64,000 nucleotides of DNA from Podospora anserina (taxonomy: Eukaryota), in contig CM030332.1 in NCBI GenBank assembly GCA_017654855.1, positions 2,356,001 through 2,420,000 on the forward strand, read 5' to 3'. Positions 13,135-24,084 of this stretch are shown piece after piece; position 1 is the stretch's first letter, and each line of letters begins with the position of its first letter. The translations under genes and the position numbers were made by a program. The notes under the pieces were generated by a model. The model searched no databases, was not told the DNA's origin, and saw nothing but the letters and a program-made list of their open reading frames with translations.

Positions 13135-15153
13135 ATGGGACGCAGAAAGATTGAAATCAAGGCCATCAAGGATGACAGAAATCGCTCTGTGTAAGCTATT
13201 CCCGAAAATCCCAGCGCTGCCGAGATCCCGTCGCTGACCATGCAATTCTGGCGCAACAGCACCTTTTTGAAGCGCAAGGGTGGTCTCTTCAAGAAAGCGC
13301 ACGAGTTATCCGTGCTTTGCTCTGTAGATGTGGCCGTGTTCATTTTCGGCAGTAATAAGAAGCTCTACGAGTATTCATCCTGCGACATGCGCGACCTGAT
13401 CACGCGGTACACCTATGTATGTTTCAAATTCCGATCCCCTGTCTTGGAGAGTTTGGCTAACATGTCGCAACAGCACGGCGGTCCAAATGAGCACAAGGGC
13501 CCATCCGACTTCAATGGCGGTGCCGATGACGAGGAGGAGGATGACGAAAACGGCACTCCACCGCAAGGAGACGGGATGGACGCTCCAATGCTCCATCCTC
13601 ACTTCCAGGCGCAACCTCAGTTCCCCCCACACATCAGACACCACACTCCATCAGCGTCACCTCCTATTCCAAATGGCATGTTCGGCCCAGGGCCTCGAGG
13701 CCATACTCCTCAGCCTCCTCAGATGGGATCGCGGCCATCATCACGCAATGACATCCGAAGAATGGGACCAATGGGTGGTCCTCAAGTTGGTCCGCAAGGC
13801 CCTCCCCCTCAGGCAGTGAACGGATATGCTTTCATGCCCCAGCCAGCTATCTACAACCCTCATAATGCACCCAATATGCCTCCTAATGCTTCTCATGGCC
13901 TGCCACCGCAATATCCTTACCCTGGCCCTCCACCGCACCCGCAACAAATGCAACAATTTGCCGAAGAGCGAAGAAGATCGTCTGTTCCGCCCAACTACCC
14001 ACCGCAGGCACAAGGGCCACCAGCACCGCGTCACTCAGTGTCTCCCCCTCGACCTCAGGCACCACAGCTGCCTCACCAATTGCCAGCTCAGCTTCCTCCT
14101 CGCACTATGCCATCACACATGGTCCCTAGTCCGCCGCAACCACAGATGCATCCCATGCAGAGCCCACCTCAACCTCAGCAACACCTGGCCCCTCCACCAT
14201 CGCACGAACTGCCACAGATCCGGCCACCTCCCCAGGAGCCCCAACCGCCAGCCCCTGTAGAGACCATGGCAAAGCCTGAACTTGTCGACAGACCCCGACA
14301 GCCGCCTCTTTTGGACACCGCCATCAAAAAGGCACCACCGCGCAAGGGTGGCAGCATCTTTACGCCTATTGATGAAAACCGATCTATTCTCTCGCAACAC
14401 TTGGCAGCATTTCACCCAGAAATAAAGTCGGAGCCGCAGGGCAACCGATCGCTTTCATTGGACATGGGAAAGAATGGGACCACAAACTCGCCACCACATC
14501 TCCAACGTTCCAACACCCAAGCCCAGCCACAAATAAAGCGAAATGGCTCGCTATCGTCCATCCCCGAGACTGTGTTTACGCCACCGTCCCGGTCCAATAG
14601 TCTGCGCATCGGAAGCATATCTCGGCCACGACTAAAGGTGCAAATCCCCGACGAGTCTGATGGCGGGAGTGCTACGGCCGAATCGGCATCTCCCCGCAAC
14701 ACAACAACCACGACAGATGCCACCTCACAACCCTCGAGGCGACCCGAGTCGGTTGTTCTCCCGCCCCCTTCCCCATCCGCCTCCTCGCTCCTCTCAGCAG
14801 GCGCAACCGGCCCACCGAACCCGTTTGCCCGACCTCCTCCCGCTTCTCACCAAAACAACTCGATGAACATTGATACCCCTGTTTCCGCGCTCCCATCTCG
14901 ATTTATGACGAATGAGTTTCTCCCAAGTCCCAGCAGCTTTTACCCCGAGTGGAACTTTCGTGGAAGTGACAGCAACACGCTGCCCAGTCCACTAAACTTT
15001 GCTACGCCCGTGGTGAGCACCGGGCCATCCTTTCTGAGGGACGACCCGGTCCCGCAGAAGCGGAAAAGCCCCGAGATTAGCGGCAACGGGCACGGGCCTG
15101 AGCAACATGCTGATATTGGCGGAGATGCGAAGCGTGTAAAGGTTGATTCTTGA
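13135..15153 (+). CDS. RLM1: MEF2-type MADS-box transcription factor (Rlm1/RlmA-like); exons 13135-13190, 13260-13416, 13474-15153
   Basis: MGRRKIEIKAIKDDRNRSV|TFLKRKGGLFKKAHELSVLCSVDVAVFIF MADS box; Pro/Gln-rich middle; RPRLKVQIP MAPK-docking-like motif; TPVSALPSRF...LPSPSSFY C-terminal motifs. Confidence 0.9.
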
Positions 15154-16585
15154 GCGGCAAGGCATGTTTGAACATCCTTTCATGTACCATACTTTGTGTT
15201 TTTCATTCTTCTTGTTGTTGGATACCGTGTAACCCGGTTTTTTTCTTTTCTTTTTATCTTCTTCTATCAGACTTATTCTATTGTAGGGTTCTACTCTGTA
15301 TTTGGCGGGCATTTTCAAGGCGTTTATTTGTATTGTTAAAACTGGACGCGACAGGACAGGCTATGATGAGATTTGGGGAGGATATGGATGAATCGCAATG
15401 AACGATTATCTAGCGTTTTTTGTACTTGGGGAAAATTATGTTTCTAGCGGTGATTTAGGGGTGTGGTATAAAGAAGATATTTTGCAACTTGGAGCTTTAC
15501 ATGCAAGGCCTTTCCCCTTTTGACAGCGAGGATGAAGTGTCGGAGGACTCGGCCGAGGGATGATGTCAGTCCGGTCAAAGCAGCAGTGAGGCAGAAGTTG
15601 AGGCTCTGTGGGGAGCTCTGACCACCGAGCAGGGGAAGCATGGCCTAGACAACTGACCCGACTGTACCCTGAAGCATATCGGAGATGGGGGCGGAGCAGA
15701 AGTTGCGAGCCGTAGGGCTGATTGGGGCGCCAGGGACGGGGAGCTGCGGATGATATGTCTACCGCTTAGCTACACCTTACTTAGCTAAGCTGTTGTTCAA
15801 CTCGTCGCATGGCCTACTCCTCCACCTGAGTCTACCGGGTGGGGTGGTTGTTACCTACCTACCTATCTACCTTGGAGGGTAAATGGGATGGGTAGTATGT
15901 ACGTACAATCGTATATGCCGTCGGATTGATAGTCCAATATGCAAGTAGAGAGTGTGGAAGGGTGGGGGACACATACTACAACGATCCCGGGGAGGTCGGC
16001 GGCTCTGCGGGCGATGGGGTGGGTGGTGGTGGTGGAGTGGGGATGGGTGTTGCTAAAAATAAATCTATTTTTGGTGATGTGTGTGGTTGGGTGGAATGAT
16101 TTACCTGCAGGTGTGAGGTTGCGGCGCACAGCAGCAGCATGTATGCGAGCGAGTGCACATACACATGCCGGTTGGGAGGGAAGGCGGCGGCGGCGGCGGT
16201 GGCGGTGGGAAGACCACGTGGAATTTTGGCTGGGATTGGGATGGATACCTAGAAAGGTAAGCAAGTGGAAGAAGGGTTGTGGATTGTTCGGTGTGCTGAT
16301 CACAGACAGACATAAAGAGTTGTGACAAGAGTAGTGTGAGGGGAGCACGGCATTTTTTTGGGAGGGGAAGGGGATAAAAGTTATGAACTGTTAACAATGC
16401 TGCCGTCTAAACCTCACAGTATCTTCACTGCGGGGAGTATATATGACCGTTTTTGGTCGATATTCCCAACCTTCCTTTTCCTCATCATCATCATCAACAA
16501 CAATTTACTTATACTCATAACCACAGCCCGATTACTAACAACTCCAGTACTAACCCCTAGATCTCACACCACATCATAACCAAAG

Positions 16586-16812
16586 ATGTGCCTCTACCAT
16601 CAACACTAGTGGCGGTGCGGACACAACGTTAGGGGGCCTCCCCGTCTACTACGACGGTGCGACCGGTGGGCTGCCCGGGAGGCTCATGGAGGCGATGATT
16701 ACTCTGCGGTAACTTCAAGAGGGTGAGGTGGGTTGGTTCTTGTGATAAATGCATGAGGGCGAACCCCGATTTACCCAAGCTAACCGTACTAATTAAGTGG
16801 GTGAGAAGGTAA
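16586..16812 (+). pseudogene. Small Cys-rich 'MC' family member, copy 1 (in-frame TAG at codon 8 plus a frameshift)
   Basis: MCLYHQH*WRCGHNVRGPPRLLRRC.. then, in a shifted frame, LCGNFKRVRWVGSCDKC..VRR*; C2/C11/C25 spacing identical to copies 2 and 3; AAGATGTG start context. Confidence 0.7.
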
Positions 16813-17474
16813 GTGCAGAGTCTCCCTGGAGGAGACGTCTATGTTGATGTACTTAATATATTCTATCTTTTTTTCACTAGAAAATATGGACCTGATTAAT
16901 TGCTTGTTAAGATGTGAAAGTGACTACTGATAGACGTTCAATCAATGTGCTTGTGTGCGCGCATGCTGGTCTTCCATTGGGATAGTTTTTCGTCCCACCG
17001 CTAGGTTGAGGTTGATGATGTAATTTCGAGGGGTTTGCTCTTGCTGCGACGAAACTTACCTCAAATGAATTAACAGATACACATGAGAGTGTGATCAATC
17101 ACGGACTCGAACTGGGAGCAAGACGGTGCGTATGGTTGGGATTGAGGACAAAGGATGCTGTTTGTTCCACGCGCAAGGGCACAAAGGACGGAAGAACAGG
17201 GACAATGCTATTGAAGCGGACTGGACAACACAATTATGCAATGGAAGTAGCGCGAGCAATACATTGTTCACAAGTCAGTAGAATTACCCGCTTGAAGCAG
17301 ACTAAACAACCTAATTATCCCCAACTCCCCAAGACAGTATAAAAGCCCCCTTCATCCCTCTCTCCTCTCCATCCATTTTCCTCATCATCAGCATCAAAAA
17401 CTTACTTAAATAGCCCTCCTCACTCTCACTTTGCAGACATTACCCAACAAAACCCCCCAACATCATCACCCAAG

Positions 17475-17675
17475 ATGTGCCTCTGGGAGAAACTTTACTG
17501 CCACTGCGGCATCCCTTCTGATAAGCCTCAAAAGCTTATCATGAACTGCCACTCCTATTCCACTACTGGCCGCTGCAGCGGCGATACGGTCAGACCCAAG
17601 AATAGGGGCTGGCTCTGCTCGAGGTGCCAGGAGATTGAGGATTTGGCTAGGCAGATGGGAAGTTGGAGGGTGTAA
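17475..17675 (+). CDS. Small Cys-rich 'MC' protein, copy 2 (66 aa, intact)
   Basis: C2-C11G-C25-C34-C48xxC51; TATA (17337-17345), TTTTCCTCATCATCA (17376-17390), CAAGATG context, AATAAA downstream. Confidence 0.75.
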   Translation: MCLWEKLYCHCGIPSDKPQKLIMNCHSYSTTGRCSGDTVRPKNRGWLCSRCQEIEDLARQMGSWRV

Positions 17676-18261
17676 GGAGTCTGCAAAAGTGAGAGCGCTG
17701 GGGAGATAAGTCCGGAACGGAATCTGGGTAGGTAAGTGGAAACTTCCCTGGTGGAGGTTGTTGCTGATCATACATACATTAATAAAATAATTTTTTTTTC
17801 CTGTGAAAACTTCAAGTTATCGTTGGTTTCAAATTTCGAAAGTGAGTGAGTGAGTTTTATTTGATATACAAGCTACCTACCATCTACCTGACTGGCATAT
17901 TTTGGACGAAAGGAAGTATGAAATTGCTACAGAAAGATAGGCTTTAAGAGATAAATAAGCAGCCAGCCAAGACACATTGAATGGTTTTATCCTATCCATC
18001 GAGCAACTGTGTCTCTCGAAGCAGGCTAAAGAGAGAGATCTGCCTGCTGGTTGGTTATCCATCTTTTACATGACTGACTTATTTGTGTGTGTGTATGAGG
18101 CACAACGAATGCCCTATCTTCCTTCTTTCTATCCATGATTTATTTGACAGACAGGAGTGAGTGCCCAAAGTGAAAACGAAGAAGACCTTCACGATGGTCG
18201 TCTCTCAGCATTGATCGTTCGACCAGCCAGCTTCGAGATATCCATTCTTAGCAAACATGTG

Positions 18262-18321
18262 TACATACATACATACATACATACATACATACATACATAC
18301 ATACATACATACATACATACA

Positions 18322-18350
<29 letters not shown>
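18262..18350. repeat. (TACA)n tetranucleotide microsatellite, about 22 units
   Basis: Perfect tandem ACAT run seen directly. Confidence 0.97.
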
Positions 18351-18357
<7 letters not shown>

Positions 18358-18656
18358 CATACCTTTTACCATTTCAGCATGAGAGTAGTCTGTCTATCTT
18401 ATTTCCCAATTTTCTCTTTGTTACAGGAACAAGAAATTGTCATCAAATGGCCTATTCCAGTGGCTTTGTTCTTGTAGTAGGACCCCGAGGGCTGAATTGT
18501 TTCAGCGCTTCCGAGTCCAAGGGAAATATCATTCATATACAATTTCACACCGTTAATGCACGTAATCAAGATTAGAAAGCAAAATAAATGGGGCTTATAA
18601 AAGAGTCTGTATTATTCTCACCAACAAAATCACCACCAGGGAGATTTGAATCTCAC

Positions 18657-18842
18657 TTACCTCCTTTCCACATACCTATACTCATGTCTATGAGCTCGGC
18701 AAGGACAATCAAACGTCCTCTGTTCGATTCTAAGGATTTCACAGCTCATACCAATGTGATAAAGGCGGCAGCGATTAACCAAAACGGGCGCAGGATGAAT
18801 GGGGCACCCGCAAAGCCAGAGACCCTGTCGGAAGAGACACAT
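18657..18842 (-). CDS. Small Cys-rich 'MC' protein, copy 3 (61 aa, intact)
   Basis: MCLFRQGLWLCGC..C25..C34..C48xxH51, same spacing as copy 2; true start is the CAAGATG at 18842 inside the longer listed ORF; TATA and TTTTCTCATCATCA upstream on the minus strand. Confidence 0.75.
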   Translation of the reverse strand: MCLFRQGLWLCGCPIHPAPVLVNRCRLYHIGMSCEILRIEQRTFDCPCRAHRHEYRYVERR

Positions 18843-19385
18843 CTTGGGTGATGTGAGGTTGGTAATAGTTTTGAAGGTTGTGAGTTGTGAAGGTTTGTGT
18901 AAGTAGTTAGTTGTGTGGGTTTGTTGCGTTGATGATGAGAAAATATTGACGAGCTCATGGGAGGGCGCCTGGCTTTTTATATAGTGATAAGAAGGGGAGA
19001 CAGAACGGAAACAATCCCATTGTCTTCTTTCACTGGCTTTGTTCACCTCGATACTCCTCTGTTTATAACAATTTTCGTCTCAGCACAGCACCAGTCTAGT
19101 ACTCAGCCAAACCCATAGTTCAGAAACCACTTCACACATCAACTTCGATCAATCCCATCATAATCAAAACAATGCCCCCCTTCCATCTTCAACACCATTG
19201 CTCTTCCAATAATCACATTATACAGACTCCAATGCCACACAATCTCTCCTGTATTTAAACCCTTCCCTCCCTCTCTCCTCAGCAACTTTCCTCATCATCA
19301 TCATCATCATCATCAGATCAAACCACCGAACCAAACACACACACATACCACCACTTCAAACTAACAACCCAAAACAACAAACAAG

Positions 19386-19575
19386 ATGTGCCAATACGAG
19401 CAATTCTCTCTACCACCTCTGCGGCTGCAAGGACGCGGCTGAGGTCCGCATCGAGACCTGTCAGTTAGTCCAAGATGGCGGTGCATGCTCTGATCTGAAG
19501 CCGCTGGTGATCTCCTTTGTTCCTCCTCCGGCAACCTGTGATTACCACGAGGTCTCCTCTGATGATGAGTACTAG
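19386..19575 (+). pseudogene. Small Cys-rich 'MC' family member, copy 4 (frameshift in a CT run after codon 7)
   Basis: MCQYEQF/[tctc]/YHLCGCKDAAEVRIETCQLVQDGGACSDLKPLVISFVPPPATCDYH..*; removing TCTC restores C11-G-C13; same CAAGATGTG context and 5' motif. Confidence 0.7.
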
Positions 19576-20212
19576 TGGATCCCTCGTTGAGCGCAGCCTC
19601 TTGCTCATTACTTGGTGGGTAAATGGCTCTCCTGGAAGGTAAGTAAGGCGAGTGAGTGTTTGATAAAAGGTAAGGTGTGGTGAGGTTGTTGATGCCTGGA
19701 GCATCAATAAACCAAGACATATAATTTCAATACATTTTTTAACAAAACCCTAGACTGCTATATCTCTTTTCGTGCTTGTATTGTGATCCTGTGGTTTAAC
19801 TGTTACTGCAACAGGCAGATGTGTAGCTTTGTGCACTTTCACCTCTTTCGAGATACACCTGCTCCACCTAGGTACATGTGTACAATTCATTCAGTGTTAT
19901 TTTCTCTCATTATACATGTAAAACTCAACCACCATATCTAGTTCTCAGCTTGCCTTTGTACAATAAAGACACCAACCCCTGACGCCATTCCATATGCGTT
20001 TATGACAAGTCATATCCCAAACTTATATACAACGTATATGACTCTAAAAAGCCGCGCCACATCTTCCAAATTATCATCCAATTATGACTCAAATCCAAGA
20101 TCCGAGAGCCGACCGGCCTGCCCCTTTTGAGGTCCGGCAGTCCAACCTTCTCCAGCCAAGACGTTCGTTCCATAACCCGGTCCACCCTTCAAAGATCTGT
20201 CTCGGGAACCCC

Positions 20213-21127
20213 TTAATCAACCTTCCTAACCCCCAATCCACTCCCCTCCCCAACCCCCCTCCCAAGCTCCATATCCCTCCCATCAACCCTAGAATACTGC
20301 CCCCTATCCCTCCTATTCCTCCCCACCGTGCCCCTCTCACTCCTCCTGTTCCTCCCCATCACATTCCCCAAATCGATCCTCCTCACCCCCCTATTACAGC
20401 ACAACGTGCTCATCACAATCGCCATCAAGAAAAACGCGACCGTGGGCAGCGCCACATACAACACCTGATCGTCCGCCGGGTGCCTCTTCCCATCACTCTT
20501 ATTCGGCCCCTTCTTCGGCTTGACAATCTGCACCGTCGGTCCCTGATGCCATTCCGCGGGCGAGCCATCCTCCGGCAGCGCCGCCATCCTCAGGGTTATC
20601 GTCGTTGGTGTGTTCTGCTTGAAGTGTTTCGCCTTGTTTCCCGGTTTTTCATTCCACAATGGGTTGGCGTTGATGAGGTCTTGGGTAATGGACCACTGGT
20701 AAAAACCCCACGCGCACGAGATTTCGCCAGAGTCAAAGGCTTGGTGGGTGTCGCTTTCGGGGGTGAGGTAAAACCCGATGATTTTGACCGTGTGGTTTGC
20801 TTTCTCGTGGGTGTGGCCTTTGGAGAAGAAGGCCGGGTCCCAGGTGATGTACTTGAGGACGCCGGGGTTGAAGGTTTCGTTGTGTTTGGGGAGGCAGAAG
20901 GGTTTGTAATCGCCGTCGAGGTTGTGGCAGACGGCGAATTCGTGACCGGCGAGCTTGGTGGTGTCGATGGCGGGAGGGGCGTCGTTGTCGGTGGGAGGGG
21001 GGACGAGGTCGGCGTCGATGGGTTGACGGGGCGCAAGAGCGTTCGGGTTTTCTGGGCCGGGAAGAGCTGATGCTGTGCCTAGCACGGCCAGCCAGAGGGC
21101 TGACCGGATGAGGTTAGGCGAAACCAT
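20213..21127 (-). CDS. Secretory-pathway single-pass membrane protein, Psg1/YKL077W(DUF4448)-like
   Basis: Signal peptide, C..PFCLP..YITWDPAFF luminal motif, C-terminal TM (VLYVALPTVAFFLMAIVMSTLCC) and basic cytosolic tail; family assignment from recalled motif similarity. Confidence 0.65.
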   Translation of the reverse strand: MVSPNLIRSALWLAVLGTASALPGPENPNALAPRQPIDADLVPPPTDNDAPPAIDTTKLAGHEFAVCHNLDGDYKPFCLPKHNETFNPGVLKYITWDPAFFSKGHTHEKANHTVKIIGFYLTPESDTHQAFDSGEISCAWGFYQWSITQDLINANPLWNEKPGNKAKHFKQNTPTTITLRMAALPEDGSPAEWHQGPTVQIVKPKKGPNKSDGKRHPADDQVLYVALPTVAFFLMAIVMSTLCCNRGVRRIDLGNVMGRNRRSERGTVGRNRRDRGQYSRVDGRDMELGRGVGEGSGLGVRKVD

Positions 21128-21616
21128 CTGTATCCTTTGCGTGTGTGATGTTGCTCGGATGCCTCGGAGCTTTCTTCGTTCAAGCTCTTAGAGAGAAGAA
21201 GAGGCCAGACAGTTGAGTTGAAGGGGTAAGTAGGAAGCCGAGTAAGACACTGCTGGTCGTCTTTCCAGTCAACTGAGTGGACAGAGAAGGCCGTTGAAAA
21301 AGCAGAGGTTCAAGAAGGAAAAAGGAATGGATAACCGACGAGATATCGGCCCGGCGCAACCTTCAGCCCTCGAACTGGAAGCGGCAATTTTGGAAGTCCC
21401 GGAGCTTCCCGCCGTCCGTTGATGGTGAACTTGAGACAGGGAGCTCCCGGCGGACAAAAGCTGCATGAAATCGCGCTAGAAGGCCTGCCAAGCCGGCATG
21501 CCAAGGTCGACAAAGCAGGGGTTCCGGCATCTTAACGCCTCGGCATCTCAGCCTCCACAGACAACACCATGTCGATATTGATGGTTCACTGTACAGAACG
21601 TCTCATTTGCTACCAT

Positions 21617-22892
21617 CTAAGAAACAGTGTTCTTGGCCACGATTCCCCTCGCAAACTCTCCAAAGGTAATATGCTGCTCCATGTCAACCTCCTCACCCAG
21701 GTTCGGCTGGGTAAAAACGGCAAGCGTGTTGCGCGCAATCCGGCCATCGCTCATGGAAGCACGAGCTCCCCGTACAAAATGCGGCACAGCCTTGAACTTG
21801 CCCTCAGTAATCCTCTCCAATGCCTCGCCCGTCTGGAAAGCAATACAGTCGCGGGGAATCTTGACCTGGACCGTTTGCCCAGTACGAGACTTGATGTACA
21901 AACCAGATGCCGGGTCAGGGGACGCATCAAGTTCGGGAATAGGTGCCAACTTCAGCGGCTTGCTGTCGGCCAAAGTTTGTTCAAAAGCCGGTGCGACCGC
22001 TGGCGTCTTGGCTTCGTCGACAAACATGGCCGAAGTCAAACCGGTCAAACAGCCGTGGTCCAGATGGGTAGCACACCAGTCATCCTCGTCGCCGCCCTCG
22101 CCATTCGCGATTTCGCTCGCCTTTGTCGGCGCAGGAGGGGCGTTGGCGGGGTCCTCGGGGAAGTAGTGTAACAGGCGAGCCTTTGTCGTGGTCGAGGTGC
22201 TCACAACCTTTTCCAAGTAACCGTTGGGATAACCGGCAATTTCCTTCTCGGCGAACCTATCGCACGCTCTAGCCACCAAAACGGCAACGTCAATGATCAG
22301 ACGGCAAAGATCCTCGACAGAGTTTTTGAAGCCGGGTAGCGTCGCATCATCCGGCCAGATGTTGGGCGAGAGATACTCAGGGAAGTTATCAGTGTTGAAC
22401 TCCTCGGTCGGCGCTGCGCAAGACAGCTTTGGGTCAACATAGAAAGCACAGTTGGCATAGAAAGAGCCCTTTAATGTGTCGACCTGGCCGTTCTTGAGGG
22501 TTTCCTTTCCAAGGGACCATCCGGTAAGGTACTTGGCCTTTTCATTCTCGAGTTTATCTGTGGCTGGTCAACTTTTTGCTCATAGCCGCCATGACCCTTC
22601 ACATGTAACCTACCCAGCTCAGACTTGGGGAGGTTTCCAAGGTAAGACGAATAGGAGAGGGCATGATGCCTCAGACTCGCAAACTCGGGTGGTACATCTT
22701 TGACAACCAAGATACCCAGAGAATCCGGGCCGAATGCTTGCTGGAGCTTCTCAAACGACACCGTTCCTAGAGATTTTTACACATCAGCGATTGCACTTAC
22801 ACAGATCACCCCGCAAAGTGATCCCTGGACCCTGACTTACCGTCCTTTAGCTCCTGTAGGGAGACAGTCACAGCCTGAGCAATAGGGGCCAT
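21617..22892 (-). CDS. 2-oxoglutarate/Fe(II)-dependent oxygenase (IPNS/clavaminate-synthase-like); exons 22892-22841, 22766-22614, 22557-21617
   Basis: AFGPDSLGILVV, GWSLGKETL..KGSFYAN, RLLHYFP, HxD (WCATHLDHG), distal H (AVPHFV) and R..(ARNTLAVF). Confidence 0.85.
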
Positions 22893-23201
22893 TTTGATCC
22901 AAAGATGTTACAAGACAAATAATCCAACATCCAACAAAAAGAGGGGAAGCAAACTTTTATCTCACGAGATCTACTTACACATCTTCAAGCTCCCTGTACC
23001 AGGTCAGCGGGGCGGACCGCCAAGCATTCCCACTGCCGGTCGACTTGCTCAAGGCGGCAGGTCCCTGTTCACGCCAAGATATTTCCAACGCGCCTATCGA
23101 TAACGATAAGATCATCGTCACCATCATCATCAACCACTTGTCCCAGCCTCACTGACGTTGTTTGCGACTACAGCATCACAATTCATCCCCCCATTGCGAC
23201 A

Positions 23202-24084
23202 ATGGTCAAAGCACTCACCTTCAAAGGAGATAAAAAACCAAAAAAGAGGAAACGCACCGGCGGGGCTAGCGGGAAAGCAGACGACGATGACAACCGCCAG
23301 CTCAAAACCGCCAAACCCTCCACCGAAGCCGACGCCGACGCCGACGCCGACGACGACAGTTGGGTTTCCGCAGACGTAACAGCCGACATCTCCGGCCCGA
23401 TCATGTTCGTCTTACCAACCGAACCACCAACCGCGCTGGCATGCGACGCCATAGGAAAGGTGTTCACCCTCCCAATCGAGAACATCATGGACAACAACCC
23501 CATCACCGCCGAGCCGCACGATGTGCGGCAGGTCTGGGTGGCCAATCGGATTATAGGGACAGAACACTTCCGGTTCAAGGGGCATCATGGAAAGTCAGTA
23601 ACCCCTTCCCCTGAGTGTTGGTGTACGATATTAACAGAAAAATAGATACCTCTCCTGCGACAAAATCGGTCTCTTCTCCGCCACCTCCGAAGCCATCACC
23701 CCCCTCGAGTCTTTTTCCGTCATCCCCACCGCCGACACCCCCGGCACTTTCCAGATCCAAACGCTAAGGGATACCTTCCTTTCTGTGAGAGCGTCGCGGT
23801 CCTCAAAAGCGAATGCTTCCCCTGAGGTCAGGGGGGATGAGACGGAGATTACGTTTGATACTACGTTGAGGATCAGGATGCAGGCGAGGTATAAACCCAA
23901 GTTAAAGGCTTCAAAAGAGGAGAAGGCAAGGGAGAAGATTAGCCGGGCCGAGTTGGAGGCTGCGGTGGGGAGGAGGTTGGATGAGGATGAGGTGAAACGA
24001 CTGAAGAGGGCGAGGAGGGAGGGGGACTACCATGAGGCTGTGTTGGATTTGAAGGTTAAGGGGAAGCATGATAAGTATGGGTAG
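23202..24084 (+). CDS. FRG1: FRG1-like (fascin-fold) protein; exons 23202-23593, 23646-24084
   Basis: MVKALTFKGDKKPKKRKR, AEPHDVRQVWVA, GK|YLSCDK, IRMQAR, ARREGDYHEAVLDLKVKGKHDKY. Confidence 0.88.

Noticed and set aside
18157-18477. ORF with IHTY repeats
   Set aside because: Translation of the (TACA)n microsatellite
20084-21070. 328-aa plus-strand ORF (similarly 24989-25963, 37407-38363, 54740-55363)
   Set aside because: Antisense shadows of real genes with strong codon bias
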